Shown piece after piece: positions 47,292 through 57,047 of a DNA stretch of 64,000 nucleotides; positions within the stretch are counted from its first letter, which is position 1, and every line of letters starts with the position of its first letter. The translations under genes and the position numbers were made by a program. Origin of the DNA: Clostridia bacterium (lineage in GTDB: Bacteria; Bacillota; Clostridia; UBA1212; DUPL01); NCBI GenBank assembly GCA_050951325.1, contig JBMNIW010000001.1, positions 64,001 through 128,000 on the forward strand. Direction: 5' to 3'. A model generated the notes under the pieces. That model had not been told where the DNA came from. It worked only from the letters and a program-made list of their open reading frames with translations, and did no database searches.

Positions 47292-49154
47292 TTATGTAAA
47301 TGCATTGACATCCAGTATCAACCTAATATTCCCGTCGCCCATTATCGTGCATGCGGAGAAGCCTTTCAAAAGGGGAAATTCTGTCAACAAATATTCAGGT
47401 ATCGGTTTTACAACTATCTTGCTCTTGTTCAAAACCCGGTCTACACAAATGCAAATCTGTCCCCTGTCATTATTGACAAGACACAACTGAGATTTATAGA
47501 TATCGGTCTCGTATCCTTTCGTTTCAAAAACCTCTCCCAGAAAAACAAGAGGATAAAGCTCATCCCTAAGCCTAATCATCCGCCTTCCGCCAGAGACCAT
47601 AAGTGATGCATCCTTCATTGTAAATATTTCCAGAACATTCAGAGCAGGAATTATGTACATTTCACTGCCTACACTGACACTCACTCCGTCAATTATGGCC
47701 AAAGTCAGCGGAAACCTCATAATGATGGCTGTACCCTGGTCTTTGCGGCTTTCAATGGCAAGCTTGCCACCCGCCTTCTTGATTTCCTGATAGACAACGT
47801 CCATTCCAACGCCTCTTCCCGACAATTCCGTTACATTCTCCGTTGTGGAAAAACCAGGATGGGTGATCAGATTAAAGACTTCATTGTCAGGAATGTCTGG
47901 AGTAGATATAAGTCCCAAAGAAAGGGCTTTTTCTACTATTCTGTTCCTGTCAAGACCTCTTCCGTCGTCAAAAACCGCAATTACAACTTCTCCACCTTCA
48001 TTATACGCTTCAAGCAGTATGGCTCCAGAAGCATCCTTTCCCTTCGTTTTCCTTTCATTAGCATCCTCTATACCATGGTCGACTGCATTTCTTATTATAT
48101 GTATCAAAGGTTCGGACAAATTGTCGATAATCTTCTTATCAACCTCCGTCTGCTCCCCCTTTATCACCAGATCAATATCTTTGCCAATCTTTCTTGCAAG
48201 GTCTCTGACCACTCTCTGCATCTTGTGGAATATGCCGGATACGGGCACCATCCTAATACTCATGACAATATTCTGAAGCTCGTCCGTCATTCTCTGCAGA
48301 TTGTTGTATGCTTTCTCATACTCATCACCAAGATCGGTCCTTCCAAGCATGGATTCGGCTATAACCAATTCCCCCACTATGTCCAGCAAGGTATCCAGCT
48401 TACCAACTTCCACACTGACAAAGTTTCTCGCACTATCACTAATTATTGTCGTGTCAATATTAACTTTTCTCTTTCTTGATGTTTTTTCAACTTCGGTTAC
48501 CTGGAGCGACTTCAGGAACATTGTATCCTGCAAAATGCTCTTAATCTTGTTTTCATCCGCATCAGATTTGATTATAAAGATAAAGCCGTTTGCCTGGATT
48601 TCTTCCGTACTTTTTTCATCATCCAGATCCATAGGCTCCGTACTTACAATGTCTGCCATATTTTCAATGGTATTCAATACGCCAAATGCGCGTATGTTTT
48701 CCATCTGAGCGCCCTCATCAAAATATATGTGAACCTTGAAGGTCTTCTGTTTTTTACCTTCCTTCACACTCTCGGTATATTCCTTTATCTCCTCAACAAG
48801 GTAGCGGGCATCTCCCTGCTCATAATCTTCATTTCGCATTGCATTCAGTTCGTGTTTTATAAAATCAACAACACGGAGGATGAGGTCGGTCACTTCTCCT
48901 CCGTCAATTTCCACATTCGGATTATCCCTGATAAATGCAAAGAAGTCTTCGGCTGCATGCGTAAGATTGGATATTGAATCAAGACCCATCATGCCTGATG
49001 AGCCTTTTATCGTATGCATGCTGCGGAACACTTCATTTATGTCGTCCTCTGAAAATCCAGTATTTTCTGTTTTTAAAAGAATTTCTTCCAGTCCGTCAAT
49101 AAGTTCGTTTGTTTCGTAAAGAAACAAATCCAACATGGAATCCGTATTGCTCAA
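47292..49154 (-). CDS. cheA: chemotaxis histidine kinase
   Basis: FRSMHTIKG, IRNAVDHGIE, DDGRG, SGRGVGMDVV, PLTLAI. Confidence 0.98.
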   Translation of the reverse strand: MSNTDSMLDLFLYETNELIDGLEEILLKTENTGFSEDDINEVFRSMHTIKGSSGMMGLDSISNLTHAAEDFFAFIRDNPNVEIDGGEVTDLILRVVDFIKHELNAMRNEDYEQGDARYLVEEIKEYTESVKEGKKQKTFKVHIYFDEGAQMENIRAFGVLNTIENMADIVSTEPMDLDDEKSTEEIQANGFIFIIKSDADENKIKSILQDTMFLKSLQVTEVEKTSRKRKVNIDTTIISDSARNFVSVEVGKLDTLLDIVGELVIAESMLGRTDLGDEYEKAYNNLQRMTDELQNIVMSIRMVPVSGIFHKMQRVVRDLARKIGKDIDLVIKGEQTEVDKKIIDNLSEPLIHIIRNAVDHGIEDANERKTKGKDASGAILLEAYNEGGEVVIAVFDDGRGLDRNRIVEKALSLGLISTPDIPDNEVFNLITHPGFSTTENVTELSGRGVGMDVVYQEIKKAGGKLAIESRKDQGTAIIMRFPLTLAIIDGVSVSVGSEMYIIPALNVLEIFTMKDASLMVSGGRRMIRLRDELYPLVFLGEVFETKGYETDIYKSQLCLVNNDRGQICICVDRVLNKSKIVVKPIPEYLLTEFPLLKGFSACTIMGDGNIRLILDVNAFT

Positions 49155-49170
49155 TATGTTTCACCACACT

Positions 49171-49524
49171 TTAGAATTTCTCCAGGGCCTTAATAAGGGT
49201 CTCTTCCTTGAATGGCTTTACAATGAATCCTTTGGCTCCTGAAAGAACCGCATCTTTTACCATAGCCTCCTGTCCCATTGCTGATACCATTATGATATTT
49301 GCATTTTTATCTCTTTCCATTATTGCCTTTAACGCCTCAAGACCGTTCATGTCTTTCATGGTAATATCCATTGTTACAATATCGGGTTGCAATTCCATAT
49401 ACTTTTCTACGGCTACCAAGCCGTTTTCTGCTTCTCCTACAACTTCATAACCATTTTTCTCAAGCATTTTTCTAATAGATAGTCTCATAAATGCAGCATC
49501 ATCCACTATCAAAACAGTTTTCAT
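49171..49524 (-). CDS. cheY: chemotaxis response regulator
   Basis: VDDAAFMR, MDIT, SAMGQ, FIVKPF. Confidence 0.95.
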   Translation of the reverse strand: MKTVLIVDDAAFMRLSIRKMLEKNGYEVVGEAENGLVAVEKYMELQPDIVTMDITMKDMNGLEALKAIMERDKNANIIMVSAMGQEAMVKDAVLSGAKGFIVKPFKEETLIKALEKF

Positions 49525-49565
49525 TCCATACCTCCGATAAACCTTGAATTTCGGTTACATATATG

Positions 49566-49592
49566 TAATCGATAAGTTAAGAAAAATATTTA
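49566..49592 (-). promoter_or_regulatory. sigma-28 promoter of cheY-cheA operon
   Basis: TAAA-N15-ATCGATTA. Confidence 0.75.
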
Positions 49593-49593
49593 A

Positions 49594-50082
49594 TCAAATT
49601 TTCCTGGATTCCCTATTCACATAACGGACTTCCACTTCTCCGGTATCCGTATGTAATAACATTGTTCTACCAACACTGCCACCCACATCTTCCGCCAAAA
49701 TCCTAATCCCCAAATCATTCAAAGACTTTTTCGCAGCAATTACATTCTTCTCCCCGATTCTAAATACATCGTGCGACAACGAAAACATTGAAGCTCCTCC
49801 AACCAGTTTTGCCACAATATTCTCCTTCCTTGCAGCAAGTTTTTGCATGTCGCTCAATAGATTTGCCACAGCTGTGTCCGCATATTTTCCTCTAAGCTCG
49901 TTTGAGCTGCCGTTGCTTTCAGGCATCATCACATGAGCAAGACCACCCACTTTTGCAATTGGGTCGTACAAAGCGACACCAACACAAGAGCCAAGTCCCA
50001 GAGCCTGCAGTTTGGTAGGAGAAGTTGTTGCAAACAACTCACCAATTCCGACAATGATTATACCGCCACTTACAATAGTCAT
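49594..50082 (-). CDS. cheD: receptor deamidase CheD
   Basis: GLGSCVGV, GGLAHVM, KYAD, GGASMF, AEDVGG. Confidence 0.96.
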   Translation of the reverse strand: MTIVSGGIIIVGIGELFATTSPTKLQALGLGSCVGVALYDPIAKVGGLAHVMMPESNGSSNELRGKYADTAVANLLSDMQKLAARKENIVAKLVGGASMFSLSHDVFRIGEKNVIAAKKSLNDLGIRILAEDVGGSVGRTMLLHTDTGEVEVRYVNRESRKI

Positions 50083-50696
50083 TTTTCTCCGTTCCTTAAT
50101 GACTTGAGCAGTGTTTTGTATGAGCTGACATCGGGAATCAGCATGAAGCGTCCTATGACAAGATCGTCTCCGCTTTTAAACTGGGTTTCAATTAAAAGAA
50201 CGGAATCGCCAACCCGTCCATAGAAGCTTATGGGAACATTCAGTATTGCTCCTGCCATGTCAATTGCAAAGGATGGGACTGTTGCGTTAATGGCAAGACC
50301 GGTCAGGTCGCACACGGCGGTAAGATATGTACCCGTAAGTATGTTGGTTATCTCTGTCAAAGTGGACATCTCAAGTTCTGACAAGGAGAAAACATCCTTG
50401 CCATACTCCATGCCCACCAGTCTTAATAATGTCAAGGCACATTCCGTTTCCAAGGCAAAAAGGATGAAACCATCCAAATCACCGCTGACTTCAACCAAAA
50501 TGGCCACAATAATATTCTCAGGGCCATTAAGCTCGTTAATCAGCTCCTTGAATTTTAAAATACCCACCTTGGGAACACTCATATCCACCCGCCCCTGGAG
50601 TATTTCGGATAAGGCGGTGGCTGCGTTTCCTGCGCCAATGTTTCCTATTTCAGTAAGTATGTCAATGTCATTCGAATCAAATTTGTTAATTACCAC
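50079..50696 (-). CDS. cheC: CheY-P phosphatase CheC
   Basis: EIGNIGAGNAATAL, EITNIL; GTG 50696 after GGAGG. Confidence 0.95.
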   Translation of the reverse strand: MVINKFDSNDIDILTEIGNIGAGNAATALSEILQGRVDMSVPKVGILKFKELINELNGPENIIVAILVEVSGDLDGFILFALETECALTLLRLVGMEYGKDVFSLSELEMSTLTEITNILTGTYLTAVCDLTGLAINATVPSFAIDMAGAILNVPISFYGRVGDSVLLIETQFKSGDDLVIGRFMLIPDVSSYKTLLKSLRNGEK

Positions 50697-50749
50697 CTGT
50701 TTTCCTCCAAGTATTACTGAAGCTTGCATAAAACAAGCTTATTAATCTA

Positions 50750-50777
50750 TTATCGAACACTGTCACTAAATACTTTA
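50750..50777 (-). promoter_or_regulatory. sigma-28 promoter of cheC-cheD
   Basis: TAAA-N16-TTCGATAA. Confidence 0.65.
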
Positions 50778-50902
50778 GCGGAAATTTCATGTTGGATAAC
50801 TTTTATTTACTAGCAGACAAGAAACGGTATATACATAACCTGCCATAATCACTGGTGGAAAAGAATACAGATACCCTGAAAACACATTTTTAAGCAAAAT
50901 CA

Positions 50903-50942
50903 AGCGTCATGACTTGAACATGACGCTTTTTGTTATCACCCC
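50903..50942 (+). repeat. 40-bp terminator-like repeat, copy 1
   Basis: AGCGTCATG-acttgaa-CATGACGCT-TTTTGTTATCACCCC; 34/40 identical to 52324..52363. Confidence 0.8.
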
Positions 50943-51049
50943 TTAGAATTCAACAAACTATTTGTTGGTATCAATTCCCAAAACCGGTATCATCATATAT
51001 ATAAATATGAAATAATATTAATGATTATTTCGAAGAACGGAGTGATTAT

Positions 51050-52269
51050 ATGAGACAACTGGTTTATTTATCGTTGATCGCAATTGCTTTTGTCTGTATT
51101 TTCAATTCATCCGTTATGGCAGAACAAGGCATGATTGATGAATCCGACATCGAAAGCCTAATAAGACGTGCATTTGAAGTTTATGCAAATCTGTACAAAG
51201 ACCCACGGAATGTGATTGATTTTAATGCAGAACCAATAAAGCCTGAATATTATCCTGGAAAAGGTGACTATGCGACCGCTGAATCACTGGAGCGTCTTTT
51301 GAACTCAGTTTTCACGGAAAACATGTTGGAAATGCTTGAAAGAGACTTTGACGCTTATTACAAAATTGAGGAAGGCAACGTAATTTTTCGAAATAATTAT
51401 GACAGAAAATATTCATATGCACTGCCTGAATCAGTTCTGGATAATACCCAAATAGTTTACAATCGGGAAAATGAGGCATATGTAATTACAACATATATCC
51501 AGCATTCCAGGTTTTTTACTGAAACAAGACCTGGCATATTGGTCTGTACATAACGAACGATGGAAGCGAGTCCAAAATCAACGATGTTAACTACGTACCA
51601 AAATTCTTCAGCGTACTCCCTGGTCTGGGGGATGAAAAAATAACCTTGGAAGAAGTAAAAATACTGGCAGGTAACACGTATGCCCTTTACTATTTTCTCA
51701 CACATGGATGCAATCCTTGGCATGAAGAATTCAGTTTGTCAGGTCTTATGGGGAATATCAACACACCTCCGGAATTGTCCGATTTATTTGATGAATATTA
51801 TTTGGTACCTTGCAGAGGTTTGCAGGATTACCAGGATTGGTTGGAAATTGGTTCCGGTATATTTAACGAAGACAAGGCAGAAACTGTGTTTTCATATGCA
51901 GATTCCAACTACTGGGTAACAAAAGAGGGAAAGGTGTATGTAAAATTAAGTGTTCCTCAACATGTGCATATAAAGTTTGACCCTGCAAACTGCAGGATAC
52001 TGACAACAGAAAACGGCAAAGCAACTGCGGAAATATCACTCAAGTATCATCATGACCCGCTTGGCATAGACGTGGATGATATTAAACTGATTGCCGAGTT
52101 TGAGAAAACGGAAAAAGGGTGGAGAATGAGCGGAGGAGAATATTTTGATTATCTCTTCGCAGGCAAATCTAATACTAATCCTGAAACGCACGATCCTTAC
52201 TGTATGCTACTGGTACTGACTGCATTAATGATTCTGACAGTTGTGCGAAAGAGGAATATCGTACTGTAG
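51050..52269 (+). CDS. secreted, putatively sortase-anchored surface protein, about 406 aa, one frameshift near 51525-51550
   Basis: Signal peptide (SSVMA/E). The second ORF's frame is open back to about 51523. C-terminal NPETHD + hydrophobic helix + RKR. Confidence 0.7.
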
Positions 52270-52323
52270 TTAGTTTAGGAGCGCTTTCTTTATACTTGCA
52301 AACAGTGCAACTCAGATTACAAC

Positions 52324-52363
52324 AGTGTCATGACTAGTGCATGACACTTTTTGTTATTACCCC
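52324..52363 (+). repeat. 40-bp terminator-like repeat, copy 2 (terminator of the surface-protein gene)
   Basis: AGTGTCATG-actagtg-CATGACACT-TTTTGTTATTACCCC. Confidence 0.8.
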
Positions 52364-52380
52364 ATACAACGTATAAGAGG

Positions 52381-53616
52381 TTAAACCTCCCTGTTGTATA
52401 TTGGCGCAATATGTTTTTTACCGGACAAAACCACCGTAAAGACACCAACAAGATTGATTGCCGAAGCGATTATGATTACTGTCCTGAAGGGTAGTATGTC
52501 CGCTGCTGCACCTGCTGCCAGCTGTCCGATTATTGTGCCAAAGGTGCACAGCATCTGGAAGCTGCTGTTGAATCGGGCACGATGGGAGTTTGGCACATAG
52601 CTCTGGGTTGCAGATATCCTTATGTTATATGATGTAACTGAAATGGCACCGTTAATAAATGAAAGCAGCAGCATGAATACAAATGGCAGGAACAGATAGG
52701 AGCCTTCTATCAGTGAAATTGATATGTATACGCAGAACGCTATTGCAAATTTGCGATGTGCAGGGTATTTAAAGATATAGTGGATAAGACCTCCTGACAG
52801 TCGACCTATTACACCAGCTCCCATAACAAAGGTATAGAGTATTTCCCCCAGATCCGCGCGGCTTTTAAAGAAAGGTAGTATAAGGGTTCCGCTTCCTGCA
52901 AAAGCAATGGAGTTAATGAAGAAATATATAGTTATGAAAAGGAGTCCCTTTTCAGAAACAATATATGATATGCCTTCCTTGAAGGTCTGATTAAAGCCCT
53001 TTATGCCCTTGGGTAAAACAGATGCCTCCTTTATATGTGTCTCATCTACATCAATTCTGGTTTCAAATGTTGCAGCTATGAAGAAGGTGATGGCGTTGAA
53101 CAGGAACAAAGGCTCAAGTCCGTACACTCTGTTGAAAAAAGCAGCAACGGGAACCATAATGGCGGCAAGGGGATAAATCATGCTGGATATGGAATATGCT
53201 TTTCTGTAGTTTCCCTCAGATATTAATGTGGGATAAAGACTGTCGTAGGCCACCTGGTATATACTGTCTATCGAACCTATTATAATTGACAGTATGAGAA
53301 ACAGCATATAGTTGAAGCTGCCGAACTTCAGAATGAAGAAAATAAGCAGGTATAGTCCGGATGAAAGATAATCAAGCCCCCAGATCATGTTTTTTCTGGA
53401 GTAACGATCCAGATATGGTCCTGCAGCAATGGGCAGTAATATTCTCGGCAGACTGTAAACTACCATAAACAGGGCATAAAGAAAGGTTGATGCGCTGTAA
53501 TCCAGAACCAGTATGGATATGGCAAAGCCGGAGACTGAGTTTCCAAGCATCGAAACAATTGTGCCGAGAGTGATGATTGTAAAGTTTCTATTCCATAGTT
53601 TGTTGTTTGCTGTCAT
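52381..53616 (-). CDS. MFS transporter (Mef/DHA3-like)
   Basis: KLWNRNF, GPYLDRYSRK motif A, about 12 TM; ATG 53616 after GGAGG. Confidence 0.88.
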   Translation of the reverse strand: MTANNKLWNRNFTIITLGTIVSMLGNSVSGFAISILVLDYSASTFLYALFMVVYSLPRILLPIAAGPYLDRYSRKNMIWGLDYLSSGLYLLIFFILKFGSFNYMLFLILSIIIGSIDSIYQVAYDSLYPTLISEGNYRKAYSISSMIYPLAAIMVPVAAFFNRVYGLEPLFLFNAITFFIAATFETRIDVDETHIKEASVLPKGIKGFNQTFKEGISYIVSEKGLLFITIYFFINSIAFAGSGTLILPFFKSRADLGEILYTFVMGAGVIGRLSGGLIHYIFKYPAHRKFAIAFCVYISISLIEGSYLFLPFVFMLLLSFINGAISVTSYNIRISATQSYVPNSHRARFNSSFQMLCTFGTIIGQLAAGAAADILPFRTVIIIASAINLVGVFTVVLSGKKHIAPIYNREV

Positions 53617-53776
53617 ATGTTCCTCCATAAAATATACGTATGCAATTATACACCTAATAAACGATAAAGCAATATAAAGTTTAACTGTAATTTTTTCCTG
53701 ATTTTTAAACATAAGACAGCATAATTAAAAGCTTGTATCATGCCAAGGCTTTGTAAATTTAATCAAGCAATTGATA

Positions 53777-53799
53777 AGGGGAAGTATTTAACTTCCCCT
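53777..53799 (-). terminator. hairpin after hypothetical gene
   Basis: AGGGGAAGT...ACTTCCCCT. Confidence 0.6.
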
Positions 53800-53807
53800 G
53801 TATCACC

Positions 53808-54191
53808 TCATAATCTCCATGCCTTGTTTGAAATTTCCTTGTACTCTTCTTCCAGCTTGGAAAACCCATCCTTAATCTTATTGTACACAACGTTAACAAA
53901 CTCTTCCGATTGGGCAGATGTGTTCGTTGTCAGAAATCTGAACGGTCCTTTCACACTGCCTTTGAAAGGTATTGCAGCACATAATCTAAGGGAAGCAAGA
54001 ACCCCCTTGTCAAGAGAAACCCAAGCATTGTCATTTACGTAGATATCATAACGCAAAAGCTCATCCCTGATTGCTATATTCTCAATCCTGACCATCTTTC
54101 TCTTGTCAATGCCGTACTTTTCCTTCAACTTGATTATATCCTCGATAAGATTGTAAAAATCCATCAGACGGAACATTTCTTTTGAAAACAT
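53808..54191 (-). CDS. hypothetical protein
   Basis: ATG 54191 with RBS GGAGGG; followed by a hairpin; no recognised motif. Confidence 0.6.
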   Translation of the reverse strand: MFSKEMFRLMDFYNLIEDIIKLKEKYGIDKRKMVRIENIAIRDELLRYDIYVNDNAWVSLDKGVLASLRLCAAIPFKGSVKGPFRFLTTNTSAQSEEFVNVVYNKIKDGFSKLEEEYKEISNKAWRL

Positions 54192-54241
54192 GGTAACCCT
54201 CCACACACTACCTTTGTTACATGATATTCCGTCTAAATAAA

Positions 54242-54270
54242 GTATGTTCCAGGCAATGCCAGGAACATAC
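54242..54270 (-). terminator. hairpin after glycoside hydrolase-like gene
   Basis: GTATGTTCC...GGAACATAC. Confidence 0.6.
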
Positions 54271-54301
54271 CTTACACCTCTTATTCAATTATTTACACAC
54301 C

Positions 54302-56916
54302 TTATGCTTTCTTGTTCCTTTTCCTGTTGATAACAAACACACCTGCTATTGCAGCAATTGCTGCTACAGCCAGTGAAGCGATTATGCCAATAACAGCGGC
54401 CATGCTGGAGGGCCTTTTGCTTGTGCCCTCAAACAGTTTTTCAGAGAACATGAACTTGAATCTTCCACCAGGAGCCACATCTCCGTTCAAGTAGAAGTCC
54501 ATGATGTCACCGTCTGCCTGCATGTTGTCAGACCACTTGAAATTTAACTCAGGACTATCCTTTCCATCCTGTCCAATCATCTTTCTTGGAATCTTGAGCT
54601 GCAGAACATTGTCCACCACCTCATACTCCACTTCACCAACAAGCTCCCAGTTCCATCCACCGGTGCTTCTTTCCAGATATGCAACCTTGTCGGTTGGATT
54701 TAGCCTGTTGACCACATACTCAAACGACTCCCAACTCTGCTCGCTTTCCTCTGTATCTATGAAAAGTCTCATCCATGCCGGATCTGTATGCGGAGTAAGT
54801 TTGTCAACTGTCTTGACCATGAAGTAGACATTGTCGTCATCATAAGCAAGCTTAGACTGAATTATATCGTTCCTCATGGTGTAGTTTTCATAAACTATGT
54901 CATAATTCACACCATTTATATTTCTTTCCTTGGTGCTCTCCTTGTAGTGGTTGTATTCAGGCAAAACATCATCCCACTGCTTGATTCCCTTGCCAAGCAC
55001 TATGGTCTTTCTTGCATTTACCTTAACTGGTTTTTCCAGTCCCTTGAACTTTCTAACGTTGGCTACCAGTTGATAATAGTAGTGGTCTTTAAGATCGCCT
55101 GTGGTAGGCTCTATGTCTCTGGAGAACTCGTCATTGAACTGATCAGGGAAAGCATTCGTAACTCCACCCCACTCTTCATACCTGCCCACGGTTCTCTCAT
55201 TCCAGCCGGTAATCCATACAAACTTGGGGTCATTATCATGGGCATAGTCCCACTGCTGCTGGAAGTTGAGGCCATACAATTTTGTATTAGGAATATTCTT
55301 GTCAACAACAATCTCTTTGCCCATATAGGTGTATGTATATGAGTAATCGCCCTTTGTATAGGCTCTTCCGTATACCCCTACACCATTCATGGCGGTAAGA
55401 CCATTATCATTGGCGTTTTGTGAAACACCCACGCAGATTTGCTCAATATTGCCATCTTTGTCGACACCAAACTTTGTTTGGGGATATACACTGAGCCAGC
55501 CCCATACGTCTTGCGCTGCAGGCTCTTTGGTATAGTAGGAAGGATCTCCTGGTCTGAAGGTAAAGAAGTCAAGTATTTCCTTATGCAACCTGTTTTCCGG
55601 GTCAAGGTCTTCGTATCTTGCCATTAAAAGAGGCTTGCCTTCCCAGTAGAACCAGAGTTCCCGATATTTTCTCGGTCTGAACATAAGCTGATACAGAAGT
55701 TCAAGCTGCGTGACGGTATTCCTCCTGTTTGCATCCCCACCATGGAAGTTCATAAGGAATGAAATCTTTGGCGCCCTTACTCCGTCTTCCATAGCCTCTA
55801 TCCAGGCCTCGCACAAGTGCCTCATACTGTTCAATCCATACATGAGTACCGTTTGTAGCATCAAAGAATACTACGTCCACTCCAGCGTCCGCAAGAAGCT
55901 CCGCATGCTTTCTTAAAACATATTTGTCCGTTGCCAGATAGTATCCGTAAATAGGTTCCTCCCAATAGTATATTGGGTTTTCAACTTCGTACCAGACTTT
56001 GTGATTGTAATCGTTTTGAGCTTCAGGATACTGCTTCATAATCTTCGTTATGTCTCTGGGAACCAACGTGGTTGGAGTTGCCTTGTGCCATGTCCAGTAG
56101 AACATTCCGACATACTTGTCTTTTTTATCTCCAACGTCCTTGTATGTAGGCATAGTTCTTCCAAGACCATCGGTTGCAGTCCACAAATCCGGACGGACAT
56201 TTAAGCTTGTTGATTGGATGATCCTTATCCAACACCAACTCGTCCGGCACCTCGCTGGAACCTTCAAGCCACCATACATTCGGCGAAAGCACTGCAGTGG
56301 TAACATCCGTTGAATGCATGTAGTCAAGTTCCGCCTCAATAGAACCTTTGATTTCAATACCTCTCTGGTACAGTCTTGTTCCAAAAAAAGGAGTTGTATA
56401 GGCCCATACTCCTACATCCTCTTCAACACCTTCAATTAGAACCAGATACTCGCCTTCAGGCAGCGGGTCAAAGAAGAAATCAAGCCAGGAATTGTCGCGG
56501 AAATCCTTGTATTCCTGCGTTGCCAAGGCTTCTCCCTTGATTGTCTTCTGGTATGAGATGTCCCATTCATAAATGGTAAACCTTATGGTTCCTTTGTGAT
56601 TTGAATAGCTGGGACATGAGAATCTTAAACCCCTAAAGTCCGTAACCGCATAGAACTGAAGAGCCAGCTCGGATCCAGGCAAAGTTTGCATAGCCAAGCG
56701 GTAATCCGTATCTTTGGGGTCATACAAACTGATTCTTTTCTTTCTGTTCATTTGAATTTCATTGTAATACGGTCTGTTTTCCCTAGGCATGGCTGTTGGT
56801 TGAACCTCCTCTGTTGGTATTGGTTCTTTGTCGCCGCCACCTTCCTTGGTGCAGCCAACAAAGAGAACAAGTAGAACAAGTGACAATACAACAAAACATT
56901 TCCCTATGTTTTTCAC
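54302..56916 (-). CDS. large lipoprotein with GH99/GH71-like TIM-barrel domain and C-terminal TM anchor, about 870 aa, two frameshifts (near 56200 and 55815)
   Basis: Three overlapping ORFs join by removing one base at each junction. Lipobox LFVGC; VGMFYWTWH, YWEEPIYGYY, KHAELLADAGVD, ITGWNE; C-terminal TM + RKRNKK. Confidence 0.65.
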
Positions 56917-57000
56917 CCAAAAAACCTCCTGACATTTATTTCTGCCTAATTATATCACACATTAGACATGAAATTTAAGCATATGCCAGTTCTTTTCACA

Positions 57001-57032
57001 AAAAAAGGAGTGTATTTTATACACCCCTTCTT
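57001..57032 (-). terminator. intrinsic terminator
   Basis: AAGGAGTGTAT/ATACACCCCTT stem (G-U pair on the minus strand) plus T run. Confidence 0.7.
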
Positions 57033-57047
57033 GAAAATCAACTTCCT

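Noticed and set aside
24700-48708. Many long plus-strand ORFs (e.g. 25481..26221, 41800..42501, 47859..48479)
   Set aside because: They lie opposite well-conserved flagellar/chemotaxis genes, lack RBS or motifs, and have the Ser/Ile/Phe-rich composition typical of antisense frames.
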